Made by a program: the position numbers and the translations under genes. This document shows, piece by piece, positions 1 to 13,785 of a stretch of DNA of 64,000 bases (the first letter of the stretch is position 1; the number at the start of each line of letters is the position of its first letter). Under the pieces are notes generated by a model, which worked only from the letters and a program-made list of their open reading frames with translations, searched no databases and had not been told where the DNA came from. The stretch comes from Neocallimastix sp. 'constans' (Eukaryota), in the NCBI GenBank assembly GCA_050613775.1, contig JBODTK010000104.1:310001-374000 (forward strand), read 5' to 3'.

Positions 1-124
1 TAGGTGCTTGTATTCGTAAACTTTTAAAACAGTATTACAAAAGTAATAATAAGGATGAAATGATATCACCAATTCAAATTGGACAACAAATGATTGAATG
101 GACTGATTATAGAAGAGTTTTAAG

Positions 125-188
<64 letters not shown>

Positions 189-191
189 GTA

Positions 192-245
<54 letters not shown>

Positions 246-885
246 GTAATAGTAATAGTAATAGTAATAATAATAGTAATAATAATAATAATAAAGATGA
301 AATTAATAAATATAATTATAATTATTTGATAATATTATAAATATTTGATAATATTATATTTTCATTTAATATTGATTCTTTTGTTAAATAAATGAATCCT
401 TATTATTTAAAAATAGTAATGATTTTTACAAATCAAAAACATGTCCTCATGCAAGGCTTGCTATAAAATTTTTAAAGATTGCAGAAAAAGATAATATTAG
501 TAAGTAATTGAATTATATATATAATATAATATAATATTATATTATTTTATATTATTAACATAAATATGACTTAAAATTAATTTAATAAATAAAAGCTACT
601 ATAAAAACAATGTGTTATCTTCTTAATAAGTTGACATTAAATGAAAGTATTGAAACTTTAGTTATAAATGAAATACTGGAAAGAGCTGAAAATTTAAAAG
701 AAGTAAATATATATATATATATATATATATAATTATAAAATTAATTAATTAATAATAAAAATAATCTATTTTTTATATTATATTTATTGAAATAAAAATA
801 TTAAAATTTAATAGATGACAGCAAATAATACAGTTAAAAATCTTTTATCAAAGTAATATTATAAAATCATAATATATATCTATAT

Positions 886-925
<40 letters not shown>

Positions 926-1295
926 TATAACTTCTTGTTAAAAATATTAATTATTTTATTTATATTTTAATAAATTAATTCTATATATAATAATTTAGAT
1001 TTATTTACTATGTTAAAAATGTAAAGATCAAAGATGAAGATGAAGATAATAAATGTAAATATTTTATTAAGTTATAATCATTTCGTATTAAAGTTATATA
1101 TTTATAAATAATTTATAATTAAAAAAAAAAAAAAATAAAAAATTAATATTATACTTTTATATTTATATTTTTATTTATTTATTTATTTTTTTCATATGCA
1201 TTCTTTTTAGCGTCAATTAAGGAATATAAAGTTAAAATAAAAGAAGAGTAAGTTGTTTTTATTTCAAATAATAGCATTAATAATAAGAAAAGAAA

Positions 1296-1342
<47 letters not shown>

Positions 1343-1723
1343 TTAATAATGTATTATTTAAAATAAAATAGGGTTAATTCACCAAGTAACAAGGACAGTC
1401 ATTATATAATAAAAAAGGATGAGTTAAGTGATGATGAAGAAGATGGTGATAATAAAGATAATATAGAAATTGAAAAAGATAATAATAAGCCTAATTCTGA
1501 AAATGATACCAATACAAATGAAATTTCAAACTTAGATAGTAATACAAATAAAAATCCAAAGGAAGGTGCTATGGACACAGAAAACGATGAAAACAATGAC
1601 AACAATACAATTTTAAATACAAATAATGATAACAGTAATACCAAACAAAATACTAATGATAACAATAATGTAGATAATATTATAGAAGATGTTACAATTA
1701 TTGATGATGAATTATTAGATTAA
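1..1723 (+). CDS. 3' part of a multi-exon gene, probable condensin non-SMC subunit (Ycg1/Cnd3/CAP-G); 5' end lies outside the window
   Basis: Exon 4-124 encodes ..EMISPIQIGQQMIEWTDYRRV, resembling the C-terminal 'SP.QI..QL.DWTDPR' motif of fungal Cnd3/Ycg1. Further GT-AG bounded exons start near 417, 596, 815, 999 and 1211. The last exon (~1371-1723) is acidic/Asn-rich and ends ..DDELLD-TAA. Confidence 0.55.
126..295. repeat. (AAT)n microsatellite with AGT variants, intronic
   Basis: Visible tandem taa/tag repeats directly after the donor site; source of the spurious poly-Ile ORF 60..329. Confidence 0.95.
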
Positions 1724-2511
1724 TAATAATAATAATTTTAAAAAAATAATAATATTTATAATAAAAAATGATAATTATTGATACCTAACTACAATTCATA
1801 TAATAATAATAATAATAATAAATTCTATTATTTATGACCTTTTTTTTTTTTTTCATATAAATATATGTATATAAATATATATTTTAAATATTAATCTATG
1901 TCTTAAAACATAAAAAAAAAATTTTTTTATTTAATAAATCAAAATTATTTATTATGCTGATAAAATTCGTTTATATGTTTAGTCTTTTTTTTTTTTTTTT
2001 TTTATTATGTATATAAAAAATTTTTTCATATATATAAAAAATTTTTTTTTATAATATATTCATTTTATTACAATTTTTTTTTCATTTTCTTTTTAATAAT
2101 AATAATAATAAATATATAAATAAATTAAATAATAAAAATAATACAAAATTAAATTATATTAAATAAACTATCTTTATAAATTTTTATTAATTTTATTTTT
2201 ATTTTTATTTTTATTTTTATTTTTTTTATTTTTTTTTTTTTTTTTCTTTGCAAGAACAAAAACCAAAGTAAAAACAAAAAATTAAAAATAAAATTAAAAT
2301 TAAATAAAAATAATAGCAATTATTATATATATATAAAAAGAAAAAAGTCCTTATTTAGAAGAAACAAAAAAATAAATAAATATATATATATATATAATAA
2401 ATAAATAATAATAATTAAAATAAAATTATTTAACTAAATAAAACATAAAAAAAAGTGTTATAATCATCAACATATCATCATTATCTTTATCATAATAATA
2501 ACTTAAAAACT

Positions 2512-2543
<32 letters not shown>

Positions 2544-2548
<5 letters not shown>

Positions 2549-2710
2549 GTATTGTATGCAATGGTTTGCAGTTTTACTTTTACTCCCATTTCCAAACTCA
2601 CCTTCCCTATTCTTAATGCTTTATATTTTAGCGTTAATGTTACGTCATAAACCTGTATCTATCATTTCTATATTTATATAAATATTTATATATATATTTA
2701 TTATTATGTT

Positions 2711-2766
<56 letters not shown>

Positions 2767-3134
2767 TATGAAAAAAAAAAGATTAAATTATACTATATAA
2801 CTAATAGATTTTATTTTTATTTTTATTTTTATTAATTTTTTTCTTTTTTTATTCTAAAATATAATATATTTAAATATTATTATTATTCTTTTATTAATAT
2901 TAAAATATTATATAAAATATAAATATAAATTGAAAATTATTAAAAAAAAAAAAAAAAAAGTGTTTATATTGTACGCTGGTGATAATAGCGTTATTTTATT
3001 CTTCAGGACTACTGTATTCAAGTGATTTATTTAGTATTCAAAATATTTATGGCAGACAATGGATTGATAAAGCAATTTACTGGATTACTAATTCAAAATT
3101 CAAAAATATGGAATATGGAAAAATACCATTATAA
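2544..3134 (+). CDS. BLCAP: BLCAP/BC10-family small membrane protein, 94 aa (exons 2544-2654, 2961-3134)
   Basis: Spliced translation MAYCMQWFAVLLLLPFPNSPSLFLMLYILALMLRHKP|CLYCTLVIIALF.. matches the BC10 pattern MYCLQW.LP.LL.P....KPC.IC. Phase-0 GT..AG intron 2655-2960; TAA at 3132-3134. Confidence 0.85.
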
Positions 3135-3619
3135 TTTATATTATATATACAATAAATCAAATAATATTATTACCTAATGGTTTTGTTTAAATATATATAT
3201 TTATATTATATTATATTATATTTGTTTATATTAATAATTCATATAGAAATTATCTAAAAATAGTAATAAATGAAATCTTATTTCAATTGAAAATAATTAA
3301 TAACGAAAATTACATAAAATTTTCTATTAAAAAAAAGGAAAGATAATTAAATTCATCATAATCTTAAAAGATAAAAAAAAAAAAAAAGAATTGGAATTAG
3401 AATTAGAATTGGAATATTTTTGATAAATAATTTTTAAAACTATGACAATAGTATTGTATTGTTTATACCAATAAAAAAAATTTTTTTTTTTATTTATTTA
3501 TATAATAAAAAATATATATATAATAAAAATTAAAAATATATTTTTTTTTGTTTTTGTTTTGTTTTTGTTATCGTTTTAAATCATTTATTTTTATTGAAAT
3601 ATCTTTATAGGAGTAAAAA

Positions 3620-3689
<70 letters not shown>

Positions 3690-4302
3690 TTTACATTTAT
3701 ATATAAAAATTCAATCATATTTTTTATTTTAAGATTAAAAAAAGAAAATGATTTCAATAATAGGAGACAGTAATGTTTTAATTTAATGCAATTTTTTATG
3801 ACAACATTCAACAAGTATTATTATTTATTAATGATTGAAAAAGAAATAATATTTATAATAATAATAGTAATAATAATAATAATAATAATAGTAATAATAA
3901 TAATAATAGCAAAAACACTAATTATAAAATTCTAAATTTTTAATACAAATTATGAAAATATGTATAAAATGATTTATTTTGTAATGTTTATTAATACTAA
4001 TTAAATAAAAGAAAATATATATATATGTATGTATAATACGAAGTACTGAATAAAATCATATTTTATCTATAAATGATTTAATAAATTATTAAATATATAA
4101 AAATTAAAAAAAAAAAAATAATGAACTAAATGAACTAAATGAAAATATAAAAATGTTTATAGAATTTATATAATTTAACTATAGTAAGTTATAATAACTT
4201 TCTAAGGTTATTATTTTATTCGATATATTAAAATATTTTATATCCAAAAAAAACTTTATTTTTTTTTTTTTTTTTTTAGAAAAAAAAATAATAATTTCAC
4301 CC

Positions 4303-4705
4303 TCAATATACTTTTAATAGTTTTTCAAATTGTTTATATAAGTCATGGTGTTCTTCACCAAGTGCAATTTCGATATTTTCTAATGTTTTTCCTTTACCCT
4401 ATAATAATTAATTTAAATATATATATATATATTTATTGAATTAATAAATATTTTATTAATAAAATAAATTAATAGAATAAATAAGGTATAATATATATAA
4501 AGTATAAATATATATATATATAAAATATTAAAAATAAAATCATTTATCATTTACTTGATCTCTGTTGTTATATGCTTTAACATTAGCAAGTAATAATGTA
4601 AACTTTATAAAAAAAAAAACGATTGTTATTATTATATCAAAAAATAATTCAAAGTAATATAATATTAATATAATATTAAATTAGTTTTGTTATATTTATT
4701 TATTG

Positions 4706-4742
<37 letters not shown>

Positions 4743-6486
4743 TTTTTTTTCTTTTCTTTTCCTACTAACTTGGTCATATGATAATTTTGATCTTGCTAAC
4801 TTAAAGAAATTTCTTCCATCAATAGTTTCAGGTTGATGTTCTTTTGGAACAGGACTATCGCATGATCTCTTTGATGAATCTTTATGAAGTTGTTGTTGTT
4901 GTTATTTTAAATATACAATCAATAAAAGAAAATAAAATTTTTAATTTTTATTAATATTTTTTATTTTTATTTTTTTTTTTTACTTTTATTTTTTATTTTA
5001 TTTTATTTTATTTATTTATTTTTTTTTTTTTTTGTATATAAAAAAAATAATTGAAATACCTTTTTTACTGGAATATTTTTCATTATAATCATTTGAATAA
5101 CCTAAATTATATTTTATAAATATAAAAAAATAATATGATAATGGTAAAAAATTAATATTTCTTTTTTTTTTTAAAAAAAAAAAAAAAGATAATAATGAAT
5201 TATTGCTATTGTTATTATTATTGCTATTATTATCATAATTTATTAGTATTACTATTATCTATTTCGGTTTGTTTTAAATAATCATTTTCGTTACTGAATT
5301 AATTTAAAAGGTGATAAATTATGTATCCAAATATATGTATAATATAATATTTAATTTTTTTTTATTTTTTAATAATTTTTTATAAATTTTAAAAATATCA
5401 TTAAAATATATATCTTTAAATAATTATTACCTATTATCTTCTTTCACAACTTGTTTATTGTCTATAATATTCAATTAATCGTCAATAATAATCATTTATA
5501 AATAAATAAATAAATAAATAAATAAAAATTATATATATATATATATAATTTTATAAAAAGTTATTTAATGTATTAATTTTAAATATCAAAATATTATAAT
5601 AATAATTATAGTTATTATTACCCTATTTTTTTTTTTTTTTTTTTGAAATTAATATTATATTATTAATATTTTTTTTTTAATAAGAAATATCAGTATTAAA
5701 AGATATATAATGAATGACAAATTAAATTTACTGAATTCGTATTATATATACAATATCATCGTATAAGTTATATTTATATTTACTTTATTTTTAGAATATT
5801 TTGCTTTATATTCCTCAATATCTTCATCGCCAAGTGATTGAAGTATATTTTTTTTGAAAGAAGATAATTTTGTGATAAGTTTAGACATTTCATTCATTTT
5901 CTTTTCAGATTTATAAATTTGACTTTCTAAATGTTCAATTTTTTGAATATAATCTAATATTACATTTTACAATCATAATACCGAAGTCGTAATAAAATAT
6001 ATATAACATATTGTATAAATAATATATATATATATATAGAAAAAAAATATGAAATAATATATCAATTTAATATACAAAATAAATATATATATATATATAT
6101 ATATGTAATTATTCTTTAAAGTATTTTCAAATTAAAAGTCACTTTTCGAGTTCAGTTTTTTATTATTAACCTTTTATTTCATTTTTCTTTTGGTTAAGTT
6201 CATTTCGTAATAAAATAACTTCAGAATCTTTTTCTGACATCTTTATTAATTATTATATTAAAGTATTATCGAAAAAGAGTCGATATAATTTTAACAATTA
6301 TTAATAACAGTTAATGTAAGAAAAAAAAAATAAAAAATAAAAATGAATAAAAATAATATGTATATATGAATATATATATATATGTATGTAAATCCCGTAA
6401 TCTATTACTTTATTATTGAATACATTTCTAACTGCATTAACTGCATTCTCGAATTCTGATTCTAAGTTTGAAGATGTTGAATTCAT
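4303..6486 (-). CDS. At4g15545/NAIP-like protein (N-terminal coiled coil plus conserved C-terminal helical domain), multi-exon
   Basis: Spliced exons give a coiled coil ending KLSSFKKNILQSLGDED and the C-terminus IDGRNFFKLARSKLSYDQ|FTLLLANVKAYNNRDQ|GKGKTLENIEIALGEEHHDLYKQFEKLLKVY*. This parallels the plant consensus VDGKEFFRQARSRLSYEQFSAFLANIKELN..Q....TL. Confidence 0.75.
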
Positions 6487-6706
6487 TTTCGATATTTATT
6501 ATTATTACTTTTTTCACTACTTTTTAATATAATATTAGTTTAATAAAATCTTCCCCAATATATATATAATATAATATAAAATTTTAAATAAAAAAAAATG
6601 AATATATATATATTTATATATATATATATATAAAAGAGATAATAATTTTTTTTTTTTTTTTTATAATTTATTTTAATTTATAAACTTTTTATAACTATCT
6701 CGATTA

Positions 6707-6755
<49 letters not shown>

Positions 6756-7463
6756 ATAATTATTATAAAAAAATTAATAATAATAAAATAACTTTTTTAA
6801 TTATTATTATTATTATTTAATTTTTTATTGATCAAATATTGAAATAAAGATAAAAAAAAAAATAATAATAAAAATATAAAAATAAAAAAATAAAAAATAA
6901 AATAAAATAAAAAAAAAAAAATAAACAATGCCGTTTAAAATTTTTAAAAATTTAACAAAAAAATTAAAAAAAAAAAATTTTTTTTTTCATCTTTTATTTT
7001 TCAAACTTTAATTTATAATAAATTAATTATATATTTTAAAAAATAAAATAAAAAAAAAATTTTTTTTTTTTTGTATTTTTCCTGTATAAATGTTCCATTT
7101 CCTAATTTAAAAATTTTATTTTATTTTGATGTTAAAATTTTAGTCAACGTTAATTCTATTTACCATACTCATTTTATTCTATTCAAAAAAAAAAATAATA
7201 ATAATAATACATATTTATATATATTTATTTTCATTATTTTCATTATTTTCAAATAAACAAATAAAGAATAAAAAATGAAATATTAATAAAATGAAAATGA
7301 AAATAGAAAAAAAAAAAAAAAAAAAAAAAAAAAGTAGAAATAAAAAAGATAAAGAACCATTTTATAAAAATTTTTTATTAATAGTTTGTACATCGTATAA
7401 TTTTTTATTATTAATTTCTAATAGATTCGAATATTTATAATATAAAATGATATATTACATAAA

Positions 7464-7494
<31 letters not shown>

Positions 7495-8031
7495 TGTGTG
7501 TTGTTGTTAAATATTAAATTGACATAAAAATTATTTCTTGAATTTAAAAATAAAAATATATATATATAATAACTTAAAATGACGATGATGTAAAGGAATT
7601 AAGTGGTAAAAAAAATTTATACAAAGATAATGAAAACAAATCTAATTTACATTTAAAAAATTTTCTAAATCGATGATAATTCTAAAGAAAATAAAAAGAA
7701 AATAAAAAGGAAATTATTAAGTAAATTAATTTTTATGTATATATATATATTTAATAAAATTAGAAATAATATTAAAAGCAAATTTTTTTTTAATTTATGT
7801 GAATGTATATAAATATTCACATAAATTAATCTATTATTATTATTACTTTTTTTTGGAGTATTAAAACACTTTTCAAAAAAAAAAAATTATTATTGAATTT
7901 AAATTTTCTCATCTTTACTTGAACTTTTGAATGGACTAAAATTTAAATTGAGTTTTGAAATTTACAAGTGTATCTTATTATTAAATCGATAGATTATAAT
8001 TGTTTTTATTTCATTTCATTATTATCTTCTT

Positions 8032-10152
8032 TTATTCATCATTATCATCATTACTGCTGCTAAAGCTACTAATTTCATCAAGACTAATATAAGTGTCATC
8101 GTCATCACTGTCATAAAAATAATCATCATCATCATCACCATCATAATAATCATTTTTATTTTTATTTGATTTATAATAAAGTTTTTCTTTTGATATTTGT
8201 TGATCTAATCCAATAACATTTCCAAATTTCCAAATACCACTTTTTCTGATAGATCTAAGAGGTTTCAATAGAGACTCACTTTTTTGGGAGACTTTAGTGG
8301 TTTCTAAATTATTTTCTTTTAAAAGAGATGGATTTATACCTAAACTGGATGTTATACTTTTCACAGAATTTTCAATATTTGAAGATGGAGTTTCAAATAT
8401 TGTTTGCTTATTTTCTCTAAAAAGATTTGAATTATTTTTCTCACTATTTTTATTTTCAATAATTTTATCTTGTAATGTTTCATTATTAGATATTGGTTTA
8501 TTATTATCATTATTATCATTATTATCATTATTATCATTATTATCATTATTATCATTATTATCATTATTATCATTATTATCATTATTATCATTATTATCAT
8601 TATTATCATTATTATCATTATTATCATTATTATCATTATTATCATTATTATCATATTTATTATCATATTTATTATCATATTTATTATCATATTTATTATC
8701 ATATTTATTATTACTATTTTCTTTATTATTTGGAGATTCTGATAATGAATGGCCAAAAGACTTTTGAAGTACTTTATTTAAAGAAATTTCATCTTTACTA
8801 TCTTGAGATAATATTGACATTTGAGTATTTGATCTTTGTTCATTCGATTCATCATCTTTAGAGTCATTATATTGATTACCTGAAAACGTAGTATTAGAAT
8901 TATTATTTAGTTTATCTTCTGGTATATTATATACTACTGTATCCTGAGATAACGAATAATTTGTTGAATCATTGATATTAATACTATCAGTAACTGGTAT
9001 AAATGTACAATCTCTACTAATATTACTATTATTACGATCATTAATGTTTATATTAGAATTATTAATTTGTGTTTGAATATCAAAATGATCATTAATGTTT
9101 TCCTTTGCTAAATTTTCTATTTCATTACCATTTGAATTTTCAAATATATATTTTCCATCAAAATTATTAAATGTTAAATATTCTTCACTTGTATCTGAAC
9201 TAATATAATTTTTATTCATATCATTAGATGGTGACCAATTAATTTTATCATTTTGTTTTAGATTATGTTTTTCCATAATTTCATAATTTTCGTTTCTTCC
9301 TAATATTCTATTTTTCTTTATACATAGTAAATTATAATTGGAATCTTGTTCATTTTCTGAATCTTCAAGAAGAGTTGAATATTCATTACTATTAAAGTGT
9401 TGTTGATGTTGTTGATGTTGTTGATGTTGTTGATGTTGTTGATGTTTACCTTTTCTACGCTTAACCTTTTTTATTATTTTTATTTTTTTATTTTGATTAT
9501 TATTTCCTAATAGAATATTATCAATAACCATTGTATTTACTTCTTCCTCTTCTTCTTCTGCTTCTTCTTCTTCTTCTTCGTCATTAATAGTTTCCTCATT
9601 TTCTTTAAGCATCTCAGTAATTATATTATGTTTTCTACCTCTTTTTTCTTTTGAAATTTCACATTGATCTATATAATATCTCTTAATATCTTTAATTTCT
9701 AATAATATATATGGTAATTTATCACCATAACTTAAATTTTTCCATTCTTTTTCTAATTCATCAAAAAGATCAGAAAGGGATAGAGTTGGTGTTGCTTTTA
9801 ATAATAATTTATATCGATCTTTTACAAAGAAATCAAATGCCTGAGATTTTGGTTTAATATTAACATTAATATTTAATTTTTTCTTTGTTTTCTTTGGTAT
9901 TGATAAGGTTTCATGCTCATTTAAATCTTCGATTGATTTATTTTTACTCTTTTTAAATTTTTGTGTTATACTACGTTCAGGAAATCTTAATACAGGTGAA
10001 GCTAATGGGTATCCTTGTGGAAATTTTCTTACAATATATTTAAATGCTTTTACTATTTCATCGTCTGTATTTAACTCTTTAAAATTTATATTTTCTTCTT
10101 TTTTATCAAATTTATCATTTACTATATTATAATATTAAATAATAACAATAAC

Positions 10153-10195
<43 letters not shown>

Positions 10196-10289
10196 TTAAT
10201 AAAATGTTTAATGATATATATACTTTTATATTTATATATTGTATTTTATATATGTATTTATTGTTTTTCTTGTTAATTTATTGGTGTAT

Positions 10290-10340
<51 letters not shown>

Positions 10341-11840
10341 TTTTTTTTTTTTTTTTTTTATATTGTTTTTTTTTTTTTTTTTTTTTATACCTTTTTCCTT
10401 TAATTGATTTTCCAAACATAATCTAGCAATATTTGGGTTATTAATTAATGCTCTCTGTAAATAAGCATATTTTACTAAATTTTCATAATCCTCTTTATAT
10501 TCTTTTGATTTTTCAATATATCTAGTTTTTTCTTCAGAATCAACATTTTTCCATTTTTTAGCTACAATTCTTAAAGCTTGGGCTCTCGTCATAGTGGGAT
10601 TTTTCTTTATTATCATATTTATATTATCTTTTGTGAAAATTGAAAATGGATTTGGAGGATGCTTGATAACTGAAAAATGGGGTATAGGTAATTGTTTTGC
10701 ACTATTATACATTTCAGTTAATAAGTTTATTTCGGTATAGTCTTTCAATTCTTGCTTAATCATTTCGGAATCTAGTATATATGGTATATTATCCGATTGT
10801 TGATTATTGTATTTTTGATTTTCACTTTCATTTCCATTTTTATTTTCATTATAATTATCATTGAATTTTTCATTGTCATTACTATTGTCATTTTCACTTC
10901 TTTTATCAACATTTCCATTTTGATTATTATTTACATTTTTAAAAGAATTCTTAGGCAAATTTGTCTGTCTACCTTTTTTATCTTTTAAAATTTTCTTTAC
11001 AATTTTGGTTTGTTTTTGTACACTGTCTTTTATATATTTATTTTTTATTTCTTCTTCTAATGTTATCCATTCTTGATCTATTAATCTTTTTAGTTCTTCC
11101 TTCTTTAAATGAGTTATAGTATTATTTTGTTCATTAGACTTCATTAATTCTTTACATTTCTTTGAATAAAAATTTATATATCCTAAAATATTTAATTGAA
11201 ATTGATTTACTATATCAATATCTTTTTTATTTATTATTTTTTTCCTTGATAAACTTTTTTCTTTATTCAACATTAAATTAATATTACGTTCTATGATTTT
11301 ATTTTCTTTTATATGTAACAATTTCTTTTTATTAATATAATTCTGTTTGTCTTTGGATACCGTATCTTTATCCAATGTTACTTTATTCTTTTTGAAAGAA
11401 CTATTTATTGACTTGTCCTTATTTTTATTACTACTAGTATTTTCATCATTATTTTCTATTTCTTCTATTATTGCATTATTGATATCTTTAAGAAATATTA
11501 AATTATTATTGATAGTATTATTATTAATAATAATATTATTATTATTGTTATTATCCGAACTTAAGTTTTTTGAAGAAGCAATATTGTTTATATTTTTTGA
11601 ATTATTTTCTTTATTTTCTTTAGATACAATTTTAGAAGTTATTTCTTTTATTTTTTGAGATTTTTTTTTTATTTGTTTATTTGTACGTAATATATCGATA
11701 AAAAAATTGAATCTATCATTGTCTTCTTTTTTTATTTTTATAGAACTTGGTAAATTAGGTTTTCTTTTTTTTCTTGATAAAGATTCAATTGAATTTTTCT
11801 GAAATAAAAGTCTTTTCTTCTTATTAGAAGTGAAATTCAT
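8032..11840 (-). CDS. HMG-box protein with up to three HMG boxes and a long Asn/Asp-rich tail, 1179 aa (exons 11840-10391, 10121-8032)
   Basis: Intron 10122-10390 (GT..AG, phase 1) joins ORFs 10338..11840 and 8032..9612 in frame. Clear box PPNPFSIFTKD..NPTMTRAQALRIVAKKWKNVDSEEKTRY; second box KPKSQAFDFFVKDRY..TPTLSLSDLFDELEKEWKNLSYGDKLPY; degenerate box GYINFYSKK..LIDQEWITLEEEIKNKY. Confidence 0.8.
8503..8712. repeat. Coding tandem repeats: 9-bp unit (DNN)n followed by 12-bp unit (DNKY)n inside the HMG gene
   Basis: (ttattatca)n then (tttattatcata)n visible on the + strand. Confidence 0.9.
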
Positions 11841-12544
11841 TTTTGATATGATAGTAATAATAATAAAAAAAATAATAATAAAAGAAAAGAAACTAGTAAT
11901 AATTTCTTATTTTTGTATTTATGATACTGACAATGAATATATTAATTTTTCTTTTTGTGAATTATATTAATTTAATAATATAATTTTAGAAGAAAATAAC
12001 TTTTTATAAAAAAAAAATTATTTCTTAGATTTCAATTACCATAATAGTATCATCTATATTTAATTTTCTTCTATATTTATATTTTTTTTACATTTTTAAA
12101 AATATTGAAATTATGAAATTTTAAAATTATAAATAACTATTTTTAACATTTTCATAAAAATAATAAATAAATAAATAAATAAATAAATAAAATATGTAGA
12201 ATAAATGACAAATATTAATTAAATATTTGTAATTTATAATTAAAATGATTAATTTTTTAAATAAAAAATTGCTATATATAAAATATTTAATTTGAAATAA
12301 ATTAATTAAAAATAAATTTTATTGGATACATAATTATATATTTTCTGCTTTTTTTTTTTTTTTTATTTTTTGTATTAAAAAATGAAATTAAAATTTTTAA
12401 AAAAAAAAAATTAAAAAATAAAATTTTACATGTTTTTTTTTTTTTAATAAACTTTATTTAATAATATTTATTTAAAAAAATAATAAATAAAAATAAAAGA
12501 AAATAAAAATATATGAAAAAAAATTTTATTGATATTAAAGAAAC

Positions 12545-12990
12545 TATATTGAGTTTTGAGAATGAAATTGGCCTTTAACTCTTCCCATTCATTGATGATA
12601 ATTCCAACTTGGATAAAAATTATTATTCAAAATCTGTATCAGAATTTCTTCTTTTCCTTATCGTTTCTACTGACAATGATAATTCTAATGGTATACAAAT
12701 TGGCCTTAGGGTAAAAATCACTGATCACAATAGGCATAACATTAATAAGCATTAGTAAGGATTTCCTCAAGCCCCACAAAACATGAAATCTGGAAAGAAG
12801 ACTCTCCCGAAGATGATTGAAAGATATTATTTATAAAATGTCTTCTTTCCCCTGAACTGATCTTTAAGATTTCATATACTGCGTTTCCTCTTAGAAGAAG
12901 ACAAAGTACGTAAAAATTAATATTATCATCAAAATCTTCCTCTTCATCATCATGAATGTTCAAAGATTTCTCATGAACAATCAGTGAAAA
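12545..12990 (-). mobile_element. Probable degenerate 3' end of a non-LTR retrotransposon ORF2
   Basis: Less AT-rich island with broken reading (NINFYVLCLLLRGN..SSGERR..FVGLEEILTN). It reads like a continuation of the LINE C-terminal fragment at 20939-21349, but no diagnostic domain is visible. Confidence 0.45.
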
Positions 12991-13311
12991 ATTAAAAAAT
13001 ATTTTACATGTATTTTTTTTTTTGTTTTGTTTTTAATAAATATAAAATTATAATTATTTATAATTAAATATTTAATTAATAATTAAATAAATAATTATTT
13101 AAATAAGATAAAAAATTTAAAATTAAATTTTAATATTGATAAATATATATATATATATATTTATATATTTATATATAAAGTTAGATAAATAAATAAAGAG
13201 ATAAATAAATAGTTAAAGAGCTATATAAATAAATAAATTGTTAAATTTTACAAATTATATAGAAAAGAAATAGAAAGTTAAATAATACCTCCTATTTTTT
13301 GTTCTAATTTT

Positions 13312-13354
<43 letters not shown>

Positions 13355-13582
13355 TTCATCGTTTTTTTTTTTTTTTTTTTTTTTTTGATATTTTTTTATT
13401 TTAATAATTATTGTTATAAATAATATAAATAAAATATATTATTTAATATTTATATACACATTTATGAAATTCAATAATGGATAAAAATTATGTAACTCTT
13501 TTTTTTTTTTTTTTTTTTTTCTTTAATAATAATATAATTTAATGAAATTATAACTTTTATCCTTTTATTTAATTAAAAAATA

Positions 13583-13614
<32 letters not shown>

Positions 13615-13785
13615 ATATTAAATAAATATAATATGAAAGTAAGAATTAAATAGTAATTTTTATATATTATTTTTTTTTCTCTGTATCATAAAAAATATTA
13701 TTATTAGTGAATTAATAATAATCATTAAAGCTGAATAGATATGAAGATAAAAAATTTTCTCTTTATTTTTTAAGTTACTGAAAGT

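Noticed and set aside
3247..3346. Possible third BLCAP exon after an AG
   Set aside because: Exon 2 already ends in an in-frame TAA at a family-typical length, and I found no suitable donor before it.
8297..8861. Antisense and alternative-frame ORFs over the HMG, NuoF and LRR genes
   Set aside because: Shadows of repetitive or codon-biased sense strands.
8032..11840. HMG gene as a Mucorales-type sex locus (sexP/sexM)
   Set aside because: The protein is large with several boxes, and no triose-phosphate transporter or RNA helicase gene flanks it in this window.
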